Below, in pieces: positions 47,899 through 59,579 of a DNA stretch of 64,000 nt. Under the pieces are notes generated by a model. The model did no database searches and had not been told where the DNA came from. It worked only from the letters and a program-made list of their open reading frames with translations. How positions within the stretch are numbered: the stretch's first letter is position 1; each line of letters starts with the position of its first letter. The position numbers were made by a program, and so were the translations under genes. Where the stretch lies: positions 299,101 through 363,100 of the forward strand of contig OZ287701.1 in NCBI GenBank assembly GCA_965649825.1, in the 5' to 3' direction. This stretch comes from Penicillus capitatus (Eukaryota > Plantae > Chlorophyta).

Positions 47899-48471
47899 CT
47901 AGTGGGCAGTGCGGGGTTCTCCCACGCGGGGATCCCATACCCCGACTCTTGTTGTCCCTGAGATATACAGCGTCCCGTGTAGACGATCCAACGAGAGGTG
48001 GAACTGATGCGGCTCCATGACTTCCAACCCCAGCCTCGTCTCCACCTTGTCGCGAACGACAGTGAATGGCAGAATCTGCTCCTCGTATCCCAACTTCACT
48101 CGGGCTGTGGTGCTGCCGACGACAAGGCTCATTCCGCCCTCGCTCCGGATCACAGATGCCTCGAAGCCCGGGGGGAAGAGTGTCGTGGAACGGGCGGACT
48201 CGGAGGCCCAACAGTTCTGCCGTCGCCTGGCCGAGAACATGTCCGGAGAGCTTCGTGTCAACTAGAAAGCGATGAGGAATTTTGAGCTCGCCAAGTTGAC
48301 CGGCGGCGATGAAGCGTGGTCCTGGAGGTCGGCGAGTTCCGGACGTTGGCGGAGAGAAGGTTCGTGCTTGAGGAGGCGACGGTCCCTGAGGTTCAGGTTC
48401 CGAGGGACGCGGCAGCAGGGGAGCACGAAGATGAGTGATCTGACGAGGGCACGACCACGTTGTCGCATCAT
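47899..48471 (-). pseudogene. Stand-alone retropepsin-like (clan AA) aspartic protease domain, split by a 1-nt frameshift, with active-site motif DTK instead of DTG
   Basis: FLVDTKLSGHVLGQATAELLGL continues after a +1 shift at the G6 run (48170-48175) as SVIRSEGGMSLVVG...VKLG...LPFTVV...RLGLEVM...SLDRLHGTLYI. The 5' end is uncertain. Confidence 0.55.
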
Positions 48472-49779
48472 GCTCTAAACGAATGCATTGTAGCTGAACA
48501 TCGTCGCAATTCCTGTCGAAACTGCCTGAAGTCTGAAGCAGGTCCTGCGTTAAAGACGACTCGAGTGCGTCGTCTCGAAAGTTAGATGCAGCGATGTAGG
48601 CAACTGACGCCCACTGAATCTCTAAGACTGCGCGTTTGGACGCAAGAGTACAGTCAGAACGCAAACGTCTTGGCTGTCGAAGGCTGAATGGAAGGATCAG
48701 TTGCGTACCAAAGTCACTTTTCTTTCAAAGCTGGGCTCTGAGACAGAGCTCAATGTCTTAACCTATGACGAGACTTTTCTCTATGCTGAAACAATACTGA
48801 CACACAAATTTGCATCCTCCAAAGAGTGCTACTTGTTTCTCGATAGAGGGATATAGGTTAATGTGACGAAAATGCATCCGCCAACGGCCGCGAAAACTTT
48901 GACGGAAACTTCGACATCAGTGTGCTGTGCGACACAAGGGCGGTGCTAAGAAGATAGAAGCCCCAAATAAATAACTGTTTTGCGCAGAGGCTTCGAGACA
49001 GAAACCTGTTCACAGTCGGCAACTCCGATCACAATTCACGATTGGAATTGAACGCCTCCACCGTCCGGAGCCGGCGTCGAAGTGCGTTGGAAGAGACGCC
49101 TTCTCAAATGTCCCTATCTTTATTCCGCCATGATCCTTTGTATTGGAACAGCAGTAAGAGGTTGTTTGCGAACTCAATAAGATAAATCTTAGTCTGGCAG
49201 CACAGTCGGTAAACATCGCCGACTGTGGCTGAGGGCGATTCATGCTTCGAGCATTCAATTGTACGCCGAAGAGTCGTGTTCACTGGCTGGCAAAAAGACG
49301 AGTCTTGTGTGTAACTACGAGCATCTGCACGAGACTTCGGTGCCCCTCGTTTGATTGCGTAAGCAAGCATCATGGAGGCAGCAGTCCAATCGACTGCAAA
49401 CAGACGCGCATGGCAGCCGAAGAGCGAAGAACGCGTTTGCCGAAGGCGTCACGTCGTCGTAGAACACTCACTTAACATTTATGCTTAAAGCGATGTCCAA
49501 ATGGCAACAACAAACCCTCAGGAATGTTCTAGAGAATTTCGCTTGTCACAAAACAGTTTGCATTCCGTGTGCCTTCCGATGCACACTTCTGTGCGATCAG
49601 ATGAGCGCACACGGAAAGCGATGGCAATAGAAGAACGGATGCCTTATTTGATGTACATTGCGCACCTCAATGGCTAGAATTTTAGGACAAGACTAGATGT
49701 AGGCGAATTGAGTGTGTTGAGAACTCACGACATCGACTGTCCCCTGCACATGGCCGGGTCAGAGAGTGATGAGATAGAT

Positions 49780-52700
49780 TCAGATCTTCTGGGACTGTTC
49801 TCCCAGACTCAGATGCACTCTCATCGACAGTCCAATCTCTTCGCAATCTCCAGACTCCTCTGCCGTCTCATCAATGTCTGCCATCGTGCCATTAGACGTT
49901 CGCAGAAGCTTGTAGACTTTGATACAAAGACTGAAAAGGCCTATGCTATTCTCATACGTTGTCAGAAACGAAGAGTGTTTGGTCTGAAGCTTCAAATCCA
50001 GAAAAACGTGCAATCCAGCATACAGGCGAAACACAATATAGACAAAGAACAGGACATTAGCAACAAGCGATATGACGCTTACGAATACGCGACCCAGATG
50101 AGAGCAGTCATCGTCCTGCAGAACAACTGCTGAAAAGAAAACACTTGCGGATGAGGCCAGTGATGCCGCTTCCAGGATGTTAAGGTTGACGGCGTTGTTG
50201 AAATCCACCCAGCGCTTGGCTAGCTTCGGCATGTGTATACAGTAGAAGACGTCTCCGACGTACTCCGGCACGAGATGTTGACCGTCAGTTTCCTTGAACG
50301 GAGAAAACATTGCCTGCAGGGCGAGAGCAGCGGTGAGGACTCCAGTGCACACGGAAGCCTGAAGAACGGGATTCATGTGAACAGAGAACACAACGGCTGC
50401 CGCGATCATGCACTTCCTCGAGAGGACAATGGACTCCCAAGCGACCGTGTACCACTCTCCTCTGTAGGCCTGGTAGACGAACCAGTAGCGCGACACGAAT
50501 GTCGTCCGAGTCCTGCGCTTCCTGTTGAGCGGCAGCCAGAGGATAATGGTGATGATGCCAGCGAGCGAGCAGACTAGGCCTGCGATGCCCAGGATTCCAA
50601 CGGGACGGTGCGATCCTTCATAGCACTCGAGTGCCGTATCCTCCGCCCAGATCCTCCTCTCCGCTGTCTCGGTGGCGTAGACGAGATACGGATGCTCCGG
50701 CGAAACCTCCTCTCCAACATGCAGGGATAAGCAGTTGATGGCCCTCATGAACTCTCTGACGACGTCGATGTAGGAGAACTGCATGGAGACGATGCAGATG
50801 ACGACGATCGAGGTGACAAAGTGCTCTGGAGATAACTGATAGCGGGTCGTGGGTGTTCTTCTGAGTCGATTTCTCATCTGCGACACCAGGAATGACAGTG
50901 AGAATGTCAGTGCCACAGCGACCAGAACAATCCACGGTGTGCTCATCCTCATCCACATGGCGGCGATGGATGCAGGAACATCTCTCCCTCCGAAGTTGCA
51001 CTCGAATGGCGTGAAGACGAATGTGGTCAGAGATCCGACCAGGCTGGCTAAACAGCAACACAAGTTGATAATGCAATTTCTGATCGGCACAGCGTACCTT
51101 GAAACTGCAGCAGCACGCCTATCGTCCCGTTCCATTCCGTCTGCAGCCTTATCGCGGCGGCAGTGATCTGGAGGTAATTGATCAGTATCTGACACAGAGC
51201 TGTTGCAGGAACAGGGAGTGCGCCACGGATCTGAACGAACCTTCAGGGTCTCCGTCATCACGACAGTGGTCAGGAGCTCCTGTTCCAATATCGACTGCAG
51301 TTGTGTGTTCGTGTCATCCATGCCGGCAGTGGTACCTAGACAGAGCATTTGTTGATCAGGCCTCTCATAGATTGACGAAGTTGCGCACGGCTTTGTCCAT
51401 GAAGCATGGCGCTGTGGACGGCGCTGTTGCGAACTGGAGGAGCTCTCTGGAGGGTTCTGCGCTCGTTCCTGGCCGCCATTCTTGTCTCGTACTTGACCAG
51501 AGCGACCCTCGCTCCAGTGGACATCAACGTGACGGTGCAGTTGATGCCGATGAGCACGAAAAGCCACAGAACGGTCAGAAAGAGCCGAGATCCAGTCGTG
51601 CTCTTCTCCTCTGGGCATCTCTTGCACTCGCCGTTGTACGAATGCCCGTATCCATCCTGACAGGATCCGCACAGCGGCCCTTCGTATCCTTCTGAGCACT
51701 GCTGGTAGTCCGCGATGCCGGGATCTCTGCTTTTCTGCCTGTCGTCGCTTGTGTTCATCTGATCCAGTATCGACGTCAGGGCAGATGTATCGTTGTAGAA
51801 ATCTGCGAGTCTCTTCCTTCTGTCGTCGCACCGACAGGCTTCCGCGTGGATGCATCTGTGAAAGACAGGCGAGAACGGCGTGGAATGCCAGTATCCCTCC
51901 GCGGGGATCAGGATTGCGCCGCCAGGGCACACCGCATTCTTCTCACAGCCATGGCAGTCTTTGAGGGAGGGAGAGAAGCTGTACTGGTCCGCAGGACATT
52001 CGTCACAGACTTCGGCGGGGGCGATCTCGCCAGGATAGCACTCTCTCGTTGTCAGCCCGAGAGTGACATTGATGCCGTGGTCGCTCTCGATGACGATCGT
52101 CAGGTTGCTGTCTAGACTGATGCCCCATGCTTTGGCGTGGTCGACTAAGGCAATTCCGTTCTCGGCCTCGTATCTGCCGTCCCCGACGACGTCGTCCGAA
52201 ATCAGACCGATTGTCAGATTGGCGTCCTCGATGCCTTTGGTAATGGTGTTGTTGAAGATGTCCTTGACGTGCACGCGCAACTTTTGGCTGCAGGACGCAT
52301 CGGAAGCGTCTGGACATGGCATTTCCAGGAGATCTCCACTGGCGACGTGCTTCAGTCGACTGCTTCCGCCCTCGATGTGGAGTGCGATCGCTCGTGTCCC
52401 AGCATCGGAGGGAGCGCCCGTGTCGTCTGTGTTTCCTTCGACGTTGGAGCAGAACGGGAATGGCCGTGTGCATGCGTCAGTGGCAGCACATTTCTCTTTT
52501 GCTGACCACGCTTCTTCCGTCGGGCCACAGGCAGCCACGATTCCGTTCGGGGTGGACAGGTACACGCCTCCGGCGAACTGTGCCTTGTTTCTTGTCACGT
52601 TTACGTGATGTAACTCGAATTTCTGGCAGGTGTCGAAACCGATCGCATGTGGAAAGCATGAGGCGACCCTCTTCGTTCTCTCGTTCCAGAAAAGATCTGT

Positions 52701-54997
52701 CATTTCAGTCGACACTCCGCCTGAATCGTGCGACAGTTGTTAGGCAGGCGTCATCCTCGTAAATGTCTAACCTCCGACGATGGCTTCATTATCCGCGATC
52801 GTGAGATTCTCGAACACGATCTCCGCGGCAGCAAATGGCCGAACGTTGTAAAGGGCCAGGCCGATTCCACCGCCGTTTCCGTCTGTGGCATCTGTCAGGA
52901 AGCTCACAGATGAGAATCCCGTGCCAAGCTGTTTCTCGAGAGTCGGCACATCGATCTCGGCAGGAGGATATTGATTGTACGCTTCGCCTTCTCCGACAAG
53001 ACTTTCAATCTCCGGATCGGCTAAGGACAGAGCCTTGTTTTCGATGATGTAAGAATCCTCGATCTGAACAAACGCCCCTCGTCTGCGGAAAAAGGAAAGG
53101 ACAGATGCTCACCCTGAGTCGATAAAAAGACATGTCTCCGGCCTCGTAGAATATGCCTCCTCCAACGGCCGCAGTGTTGTCCTTGATGATTGTTGGTCGA
53201 CCGTCAGAGGACGTTATGGTCACATTCTGTGCGCCCAGAAAACTCACGCCGCCACCGACGACGGCGCGATTGCCTTCGATTAGGACTCCGCGAAGGACGA
53301 TCGGTTCATCAATGTTCGTGGACCAAATGCCTCCGCCGATGCCTCGATTCGCTGTGTTGTCTCGAACGACAACCGCAGCCATCTCCAGAGAACCTAAGGG
53401 AACAGCAGCCGCTAGTTCGTCGCTGTCTCGCGGGTGTTGTTGCAACGCACCTCCAAACTCTGTCATAATTCCGCCGCTGCTGAAGGCCCTGTTGCCTTCG
53501 ATCACACTGTCGGCCGAAGGATCGCTCCGATGCTGTGCGAATATCAGAGCAGATTTCCGGCTGTAGAGCGCACCTCCGTGCGCGGAACTGCAATTCCTGA
53601 ATGTGGAATTCGTCACTACTGTGCGGGTTCGAACCAGAGTCGCGGCGCCGCCGATGGTCAATCCAACGTTGCCTTCAAAGAGGCAGGAGACGATCCGATT
53701 CTCGGCTCTGGACGGATTGGGAGACTGAAGACTGAGAGCGCCGCCTGCCTGGGCAAGATTGCCGAGGAAGACGGAGTCCTTGAGCTTCGTCGCAACGACT
53801 GCTTCGTCCAGCGACTCCGTCATGATGGCCCCTCCGAGACAGAAGCCCTCCATCCCGAACGTCACTTCCAGGGCGTCTGATTGGTTGCCGCACAATGCAC
53901 GGTTGTCTGTGAACCGCGAGGAGGTGACATTGAAGACGTAGAGCGTCTCGTTGGTGGAAAGAAAACGATAGGGCATGACGGTGACTCCGCCCCCTCCTTG
54001 GCAACCCACGTTACCCGTGAAGTCTGAAGCCCGGATGCTGACGCCAAGCACACCGCAGGCAAACACGGCGCCGCCTTTGCCAGTAGCCTTCAGCATATCA
54101 CTCCTCGCGACACCGAGCAGCTCTTTGCTCGAATTCAGCACTCTGTCTTCCCCGTGGGCTATGTTTCCTTCGAAACTCGACTTCCTGATCGACAGATCTG
54201 TCCTCTGGTGGCTCTTGGCGCACAATGCCCCTCCCGCGAAAAATGCTTCGTTCTTTCGGAAAACGCTCCGATGGACGAAAATCTCGGCGTCTTCTGCGTA
54301 CACGGCTCCGCCGACCGCGGCCCGGTTCTTCACGAAGCGACAGGACATGAGTCGAAGCACTGGCGCAGAGCATGAATTCTCTGTATGGGCTCTTATTCGG
54401 ACAGCACCACCAAGGTGCGTGCCACTGCGCCCTCCATTCTTCCTGAACTCCACCTCCTCGAAGGTAAAAACCGCTCTCGATCCGTCGCTGTCCCCAGAGC
54501 GCTGACAGTCGATGACAACGGCCGATTCTTCGGTACAGTTAGAGAATCTTATCGATGCGATGGTCACGTTCCTCCCTCTGCAACAACGACTTCTTCACCG
54601 CGCTGTCGGTGCAAGAAGCCTAACGCACCTAATGCGGACGGCACTGTCTGTTCCAGGCGGCGGGCAGTGTATAACGGTCTCTCTTTTCACGCCCACGATG
54701 GTGACGTCTGACGCATCGATGACGAGCGTCCTCGTCAAAGCTATCTCCACCCCATCGACACTCACTGTGTCGCCTTGTCCGATGTTCTCGACCCTTTCCC
54801 GAAGGGCCTCTTCTGTCCGAACAGCTTCGTCGGCACTTCCATTCTGATGCAGAAGACGCGAATGGTGCAGGCCTGAGGAGAAACACAGAAATCGTTTCGC
54901 CTCTCTCGGCATTGGCAAAGGCGTAACTTGCAGTAGGAAGGACGAAGAGGAGAATAATGGCTGTTGTGTAAAATACAAGGAAGAATGACTGTGCCAT
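49780..54997 (-). CDS. Pmp-like beta-helix + Cys-rich + multipass membrane protein (copy 3)
   Basis: ATG at 54997 (MAQSFFLVFYTTAIILLFVLPTASYAFA). Ectodomain nearly identical to copy 2. Exons ILINYLQITA and ASLVGSLTTFV splice in frame. Stop at 49780-49782. Confidence 0.8.
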
Positions 54998-56365
54998 GTC
55001 TCTTTGTGCAGGAGTCGGTGTGTGAACCATACGTGTGGTGGCGACGTTTGCCGTGTTGAAAGGGAGACGCAATTGAAACAATAGAAATATGGACACGGGA
55101 CACGCCGAAAAAACCAAACAGAATAACAACCTGGTCAGAACACAATGCGAATAATACTCGGTACGACGTGCGCAGAAGCTGTTTTCTTCGCGTTCGAAGT
55201 TACAGTTGCTGAGAAGTCCTTTCGTGTTCCAGAAAACCGTCTTGCTGCGAATCATCCTTCACGTTACATCCTAGAATCCAAGAGCAAACGGGCGTCCTCT
55301 CTCCATAAGACCTGTCCGATTTGGAGAGGACTCTCCATACGCCGAGACAGAGAGCGCGTACTGCCGAAGAGATGCTCTCGGCGTCGAGAATGAGGAAGCA
55401 GAAGCAGACGGAAGCATGGCGAAGGGCCACGATGTCAACGAATCACTCGTCGGGAGTGCGAGGATCCCTCTGCCAGACAGGAGTGGTCTAACAGTAGAGT
55501 GGTGGGCCATACTTACTGCGTTGACGACTCACCATGACCTCATAGGCATGGGGAGGTCGAGCAACGGAGGAGCCTTGCCCGACTTCTGCCGTGATGGACC
55601 AAGCATAAGCGTGAGACTCCCACTCATTCCTGAATTGACATCGCGATGACTTGCGTGGATAGCGACAGCGGCCAGAGTGGCGGGGAAGGTCGGAAGAGAC
55701 TCGAAGACACCAGATGCATGACAGAAACCACCCAAAGTCCTAGACTGGCAACCTTGTCAAGGCAGTGCTCCATTGCATGACGGACTCAGAGGCGACAAGC
55801 TCCTGCCAATCTGTCATACGCGGCAGACTCTCAAAGTCTATACTGCCAATCCGATTTCGGTCCACTCACTCTCTGTTCGCGGCAGACGATTCATCTCTCG
55901 AATGAACAGGGAAGTTGAGTGCGATGTCGCCGGCTGCAGTCACAGTGGCTGCCATTCAACCTGTTTCCTCTCTTCTTGTAGTCCACCTGACAAATGCATA
56001 CACTCTTTTAAACGTTGCGCTGTTGAAGAGAGTCAGTAAAGATTCCGGAACGCAACATCGTGTGCGACAAGATCTGCTGCCCAGTGTGTCGCCCGGCAGT
56101 GATCTGGGATAGGAATCAATGAGAGTCATGTCCACGCTTCGAACCGTCGCTTAGCCGGTTACAAGTTTCATAGCGTCACTGCACATAGGAAACGCAGCAG
56201 CAAACCGCTGTCATTCTGGCGACACGTGGGCGCTTCAGAACCACTATCCGTGTCGGCGGCGTGTGAGGAAACGCAGCGGCTATCCGTCGTTCACTATGAA
56301 TTCGCCTTTCCTGTCGATAACCTGCATTCGACGGTCAGCCGCCTCTTTTGCCGTTCCGGACAAGC

Positions 56366-58568
56366 ATGTTCTCCCGCAAAGAATTCTTCTGCACCTTCCT
56401 ATTCGTTCTCGGATTTGCGAACCGCATTCGGACGCAGCCGCCGGCCTATCATCCTGAAGAGTTGTTGCGAGTCATCGAGGAGAAAGAGCAGTTCCTCGTC
56501 GGCTTGGCAAACCACACCGAAGCGCTCTTCGAACAAAGAGAAGACCTCATCAAGAATTGCAGCTGTTCCAAGTACGCCGGGTTCAACAATGTACTCGACG
56601 TCGCGTGCATCGCGTACTACGGGCAACATCCGGAATGCGACTTGCCGTGTCGGCGCGTCGACCGCGAGAACTCTGTCTTCCTCATACCGCCCGGAGCGCA
56701 CTTGGATGCGTTGAGCGGCACGCTCAAACAAAGCATCTGCGTTTACAAACACATCGAAGACTACTTCGCGGAACACGGAGAGGAAGAGCGCCTTCCAGCA
56801 TACGTCGGTGAGCTGTCGCATTTCTTCGCTTCGTTCGATAAGCTTTTTGGCAGGAACCGTGGATGGTTATTTTCGCACGCATCCCGGAGTTCTTTGCACG
56901 AGAGGCGATGCGAAAGACGGCGGCGAGACGAGCGACTGCTTACCGTTTGAATTGAGAACACGCCCTTGGTTCATCAGAGGAAGTACAGGACCGAAGGATA
57001 TTGTTCTTGTGCTCGATGTCTCTGGATCCATGAAGGAAGTGGTTGACACCGCGAAGAACCTGACAAAATGGGACCTCGTCCACCGAGAAGTGCAAAAGAT
57101 CTTGATGACGTTGGACGTCACAGATCACGTCAACGTCGTGCTTTTTAATGAGAAACCGAGAACACTGTGGAACGCATCTGGGCTTGCTCGGGCAACTGCG
57201 GACAATCTCAAGACGATCAAGGCGGCAGTCGACGAGGTGTCTATTGAAGACGGAAACACGCACTTTAGGGCAGCGTTCGAGGCAGCATTTCCGCTGCTGT
57301 GGCAGGACTGTGTCGTTGAGTCGCTGTCCTGTTCCGGCTGTCAAAAGGTTGTTCTGTTCCTGACAGATGGAGAAGATACCTCCGTGGCTGGCACAAGCAT
57401 CAGGCCTTCCGAAATGGCGAAGATAATCGAGAAGCGTCAAGTGAAACTGGAAAAGAAGACGGGCAAGCGCGCTTCCATCTTCACGTATTCCATGGCGCAC
57501 GAAGCCGACGACGCCATTCCGAGACAAATCGCATGTGCCAACAACGGAACGTGGTCGTATATAGACACAAATTCCGATACATTTGATTCTCTTCTCTCCT
57601 ACTATCTGTACATGGCCGCCAGAGTGCGCGCCAAATCGCCCTTCTGGCTCGAGCCTTACGAAGATGCCTTCGGATTCGGCAATATAACTACGGTCGCCAT
57701 ACCGATCTACGCGAGAGGGACAAGCAAGGATCTCGATGTATTCTTGGGAGTCGTGGGCCACGATGTGCGCCTCAGCGAACTGACGCAGGGCCACACGACA
57801 GCAGAAGACGTCCTTGCTGAGCTCATTTGGCGCTCGAGGTACTGCGGACACTGGGTAGAGAACCCATGCGAGCTCCAGGTTTATCGACAAGCTCACAACG
57901 AACGGGCACTCTGTGTGGATATGCTGCCAGTAAAGCAACCATCGACGAATGATTCAGATAAGGAACCAGAGACTGGGCTCTGTTACAAACGTGGAAATCA
58001 TTACTACAGGAGATCTCTAGACGAAGTCGCTTGGGAACAAGCAAATTCCACCTGCAGTGAAGAGGGGGGCGAACTTGTGAGTATTAGCAATGAGGACGAG
58101 TTAGCATTCGTTGCCGGCGTCGCATCACTCGATGGTTCGTGGGTCGGTGCGCGAAGGGAGTCAGAGGATAGCTTCTCATGGCTGGATACAGATTTGGAAG
58201 ACCTGCACGATAGTTCCAACTTCTGGAGCGACCAGGAGCCGATGTCGGATGGCAACAGATGTGCAGCCATCGATCCCAGAGGGGCTATCAGAAGCATGCA
58301 CGCGAAACCGTGCGAAACGACGATGTCATACATCTGCAAATTCAAGTCCGAGCAGCCGTGCGGAGAAAGACTTGGCAGCATCCCTGACCGAGGTTACTTC
58401 GAGATACCACATCTCGATGCCTGCTCCGACATCGGGAACGCGCTGACTGACACAGCCCCCCATTCGTCTGTCGCGGATCTAAAGGATGAAGATGTGGTCT
58501 GTCCCATCGGGGAGCCTGATTTGACGAACAAGGAAATCCTCTGTTGCGATGAATGCAATAGCAAGTAG
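56366..58568 (+). CDS. Secreted VWA/Cache/C-type-lectin alpha2delta-like protein, paralog A; join(56366..56807,56854..58568)
   Basis: Signal peptide MFSRKEFFCTFLFVLGFA. A 46-nt intron at the same position as in gene 90-2312 gives YVG|TVDGYF. DVSGS MIDAS, WLEPYEDA, CTLD cysteines. Confidence 0.85.
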
Positions 58569-59579
58569 GATGGGTCTCTCTCTTTTTGCATTTTCATGTC
58601 GACACTCTATCACAACACTGTTCAAGATAACGATTCGATTAAACAAGGTTGAAGAGACTTCGAGCTTAACCGCCAGGGACTTGTGTCATTCTCATGTCAT
58701 TAAAAACGATCAACTAGGGCTTACATCGTTAAAGTGTCCATCGTTTCGATTGCGAACGTTTCGCTTCACGTGTTCGGGCCCAGGACCAGTTCTGTGCAAA
58801 TGCTCGGCAATACGCTCGTTTGCACTTTTTCGTTAGACGAAGACCGACGCAAAGGCAAGCGTTCGTGTTGCGACGGGAACGATAAAAGAAAACGAGCGGT
58901 TTGCTCTTCTGACAAGAAACTGACTCCCGACAGTCTCCGGCCCGTTTGTTCGGTCCACGTGATTGTACTGTCGACTGTCTGCGTTTCTGTCGTTTCATTG
59001 CACCATCCTTCTGCACACACTTTTAAACAAGCACTGCTTTCACTCGATCAACGCGAGACGAGTCAGGTTCCTCCGTGCAGCTGAGCGAGCTAACGATAAG
59101 CATTTACCCATTTCCTCTCTAACGCAATCGCGGCGAGGTGCTAATTGCTGCCGTCACTACGAAAAGCCGTCAACTCTTCGCGACCAGCGCCTTACTTGAC
59201 ACACGTCGGTCTGCCCTAATAAGCATTCGTTTGTCGGGTTCGGACAGTCGTGTCACTCTCTGCGTTGCGCGGCAGACGTCATATCACAGGCACGCTGCGC
59301 GTACAGGATACGCCGGCGCAGTAGGAGCTGGTCAAACGCTCCGCGCACCGAAGAGGTGTCGATCGTGCGGTCTGTATAGACAGATGTGGACCGTGCGTCG
59401 ATTAATGGCGTTCTTCTCGCGTGAAGGCGACGGTTTCGAACGGCCTCTCGGATTGCGAGAGAATGCTGACTCAACCTGCTCGACGAGTAAACGGTTTCTT
59501 TACTTCACTTTGTCTTCCTGAACGGACAACGCATCGGACACACATTTCATCAGAACAGCGTCATACGAGCAGCAAAAAA

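Noticed and set aside
49780-51930. 716-aa ORF as a single protein
   Set aside because: Only the 3' part is the true TM exon. The rest is off-frame read-through of upstream exons and introns.
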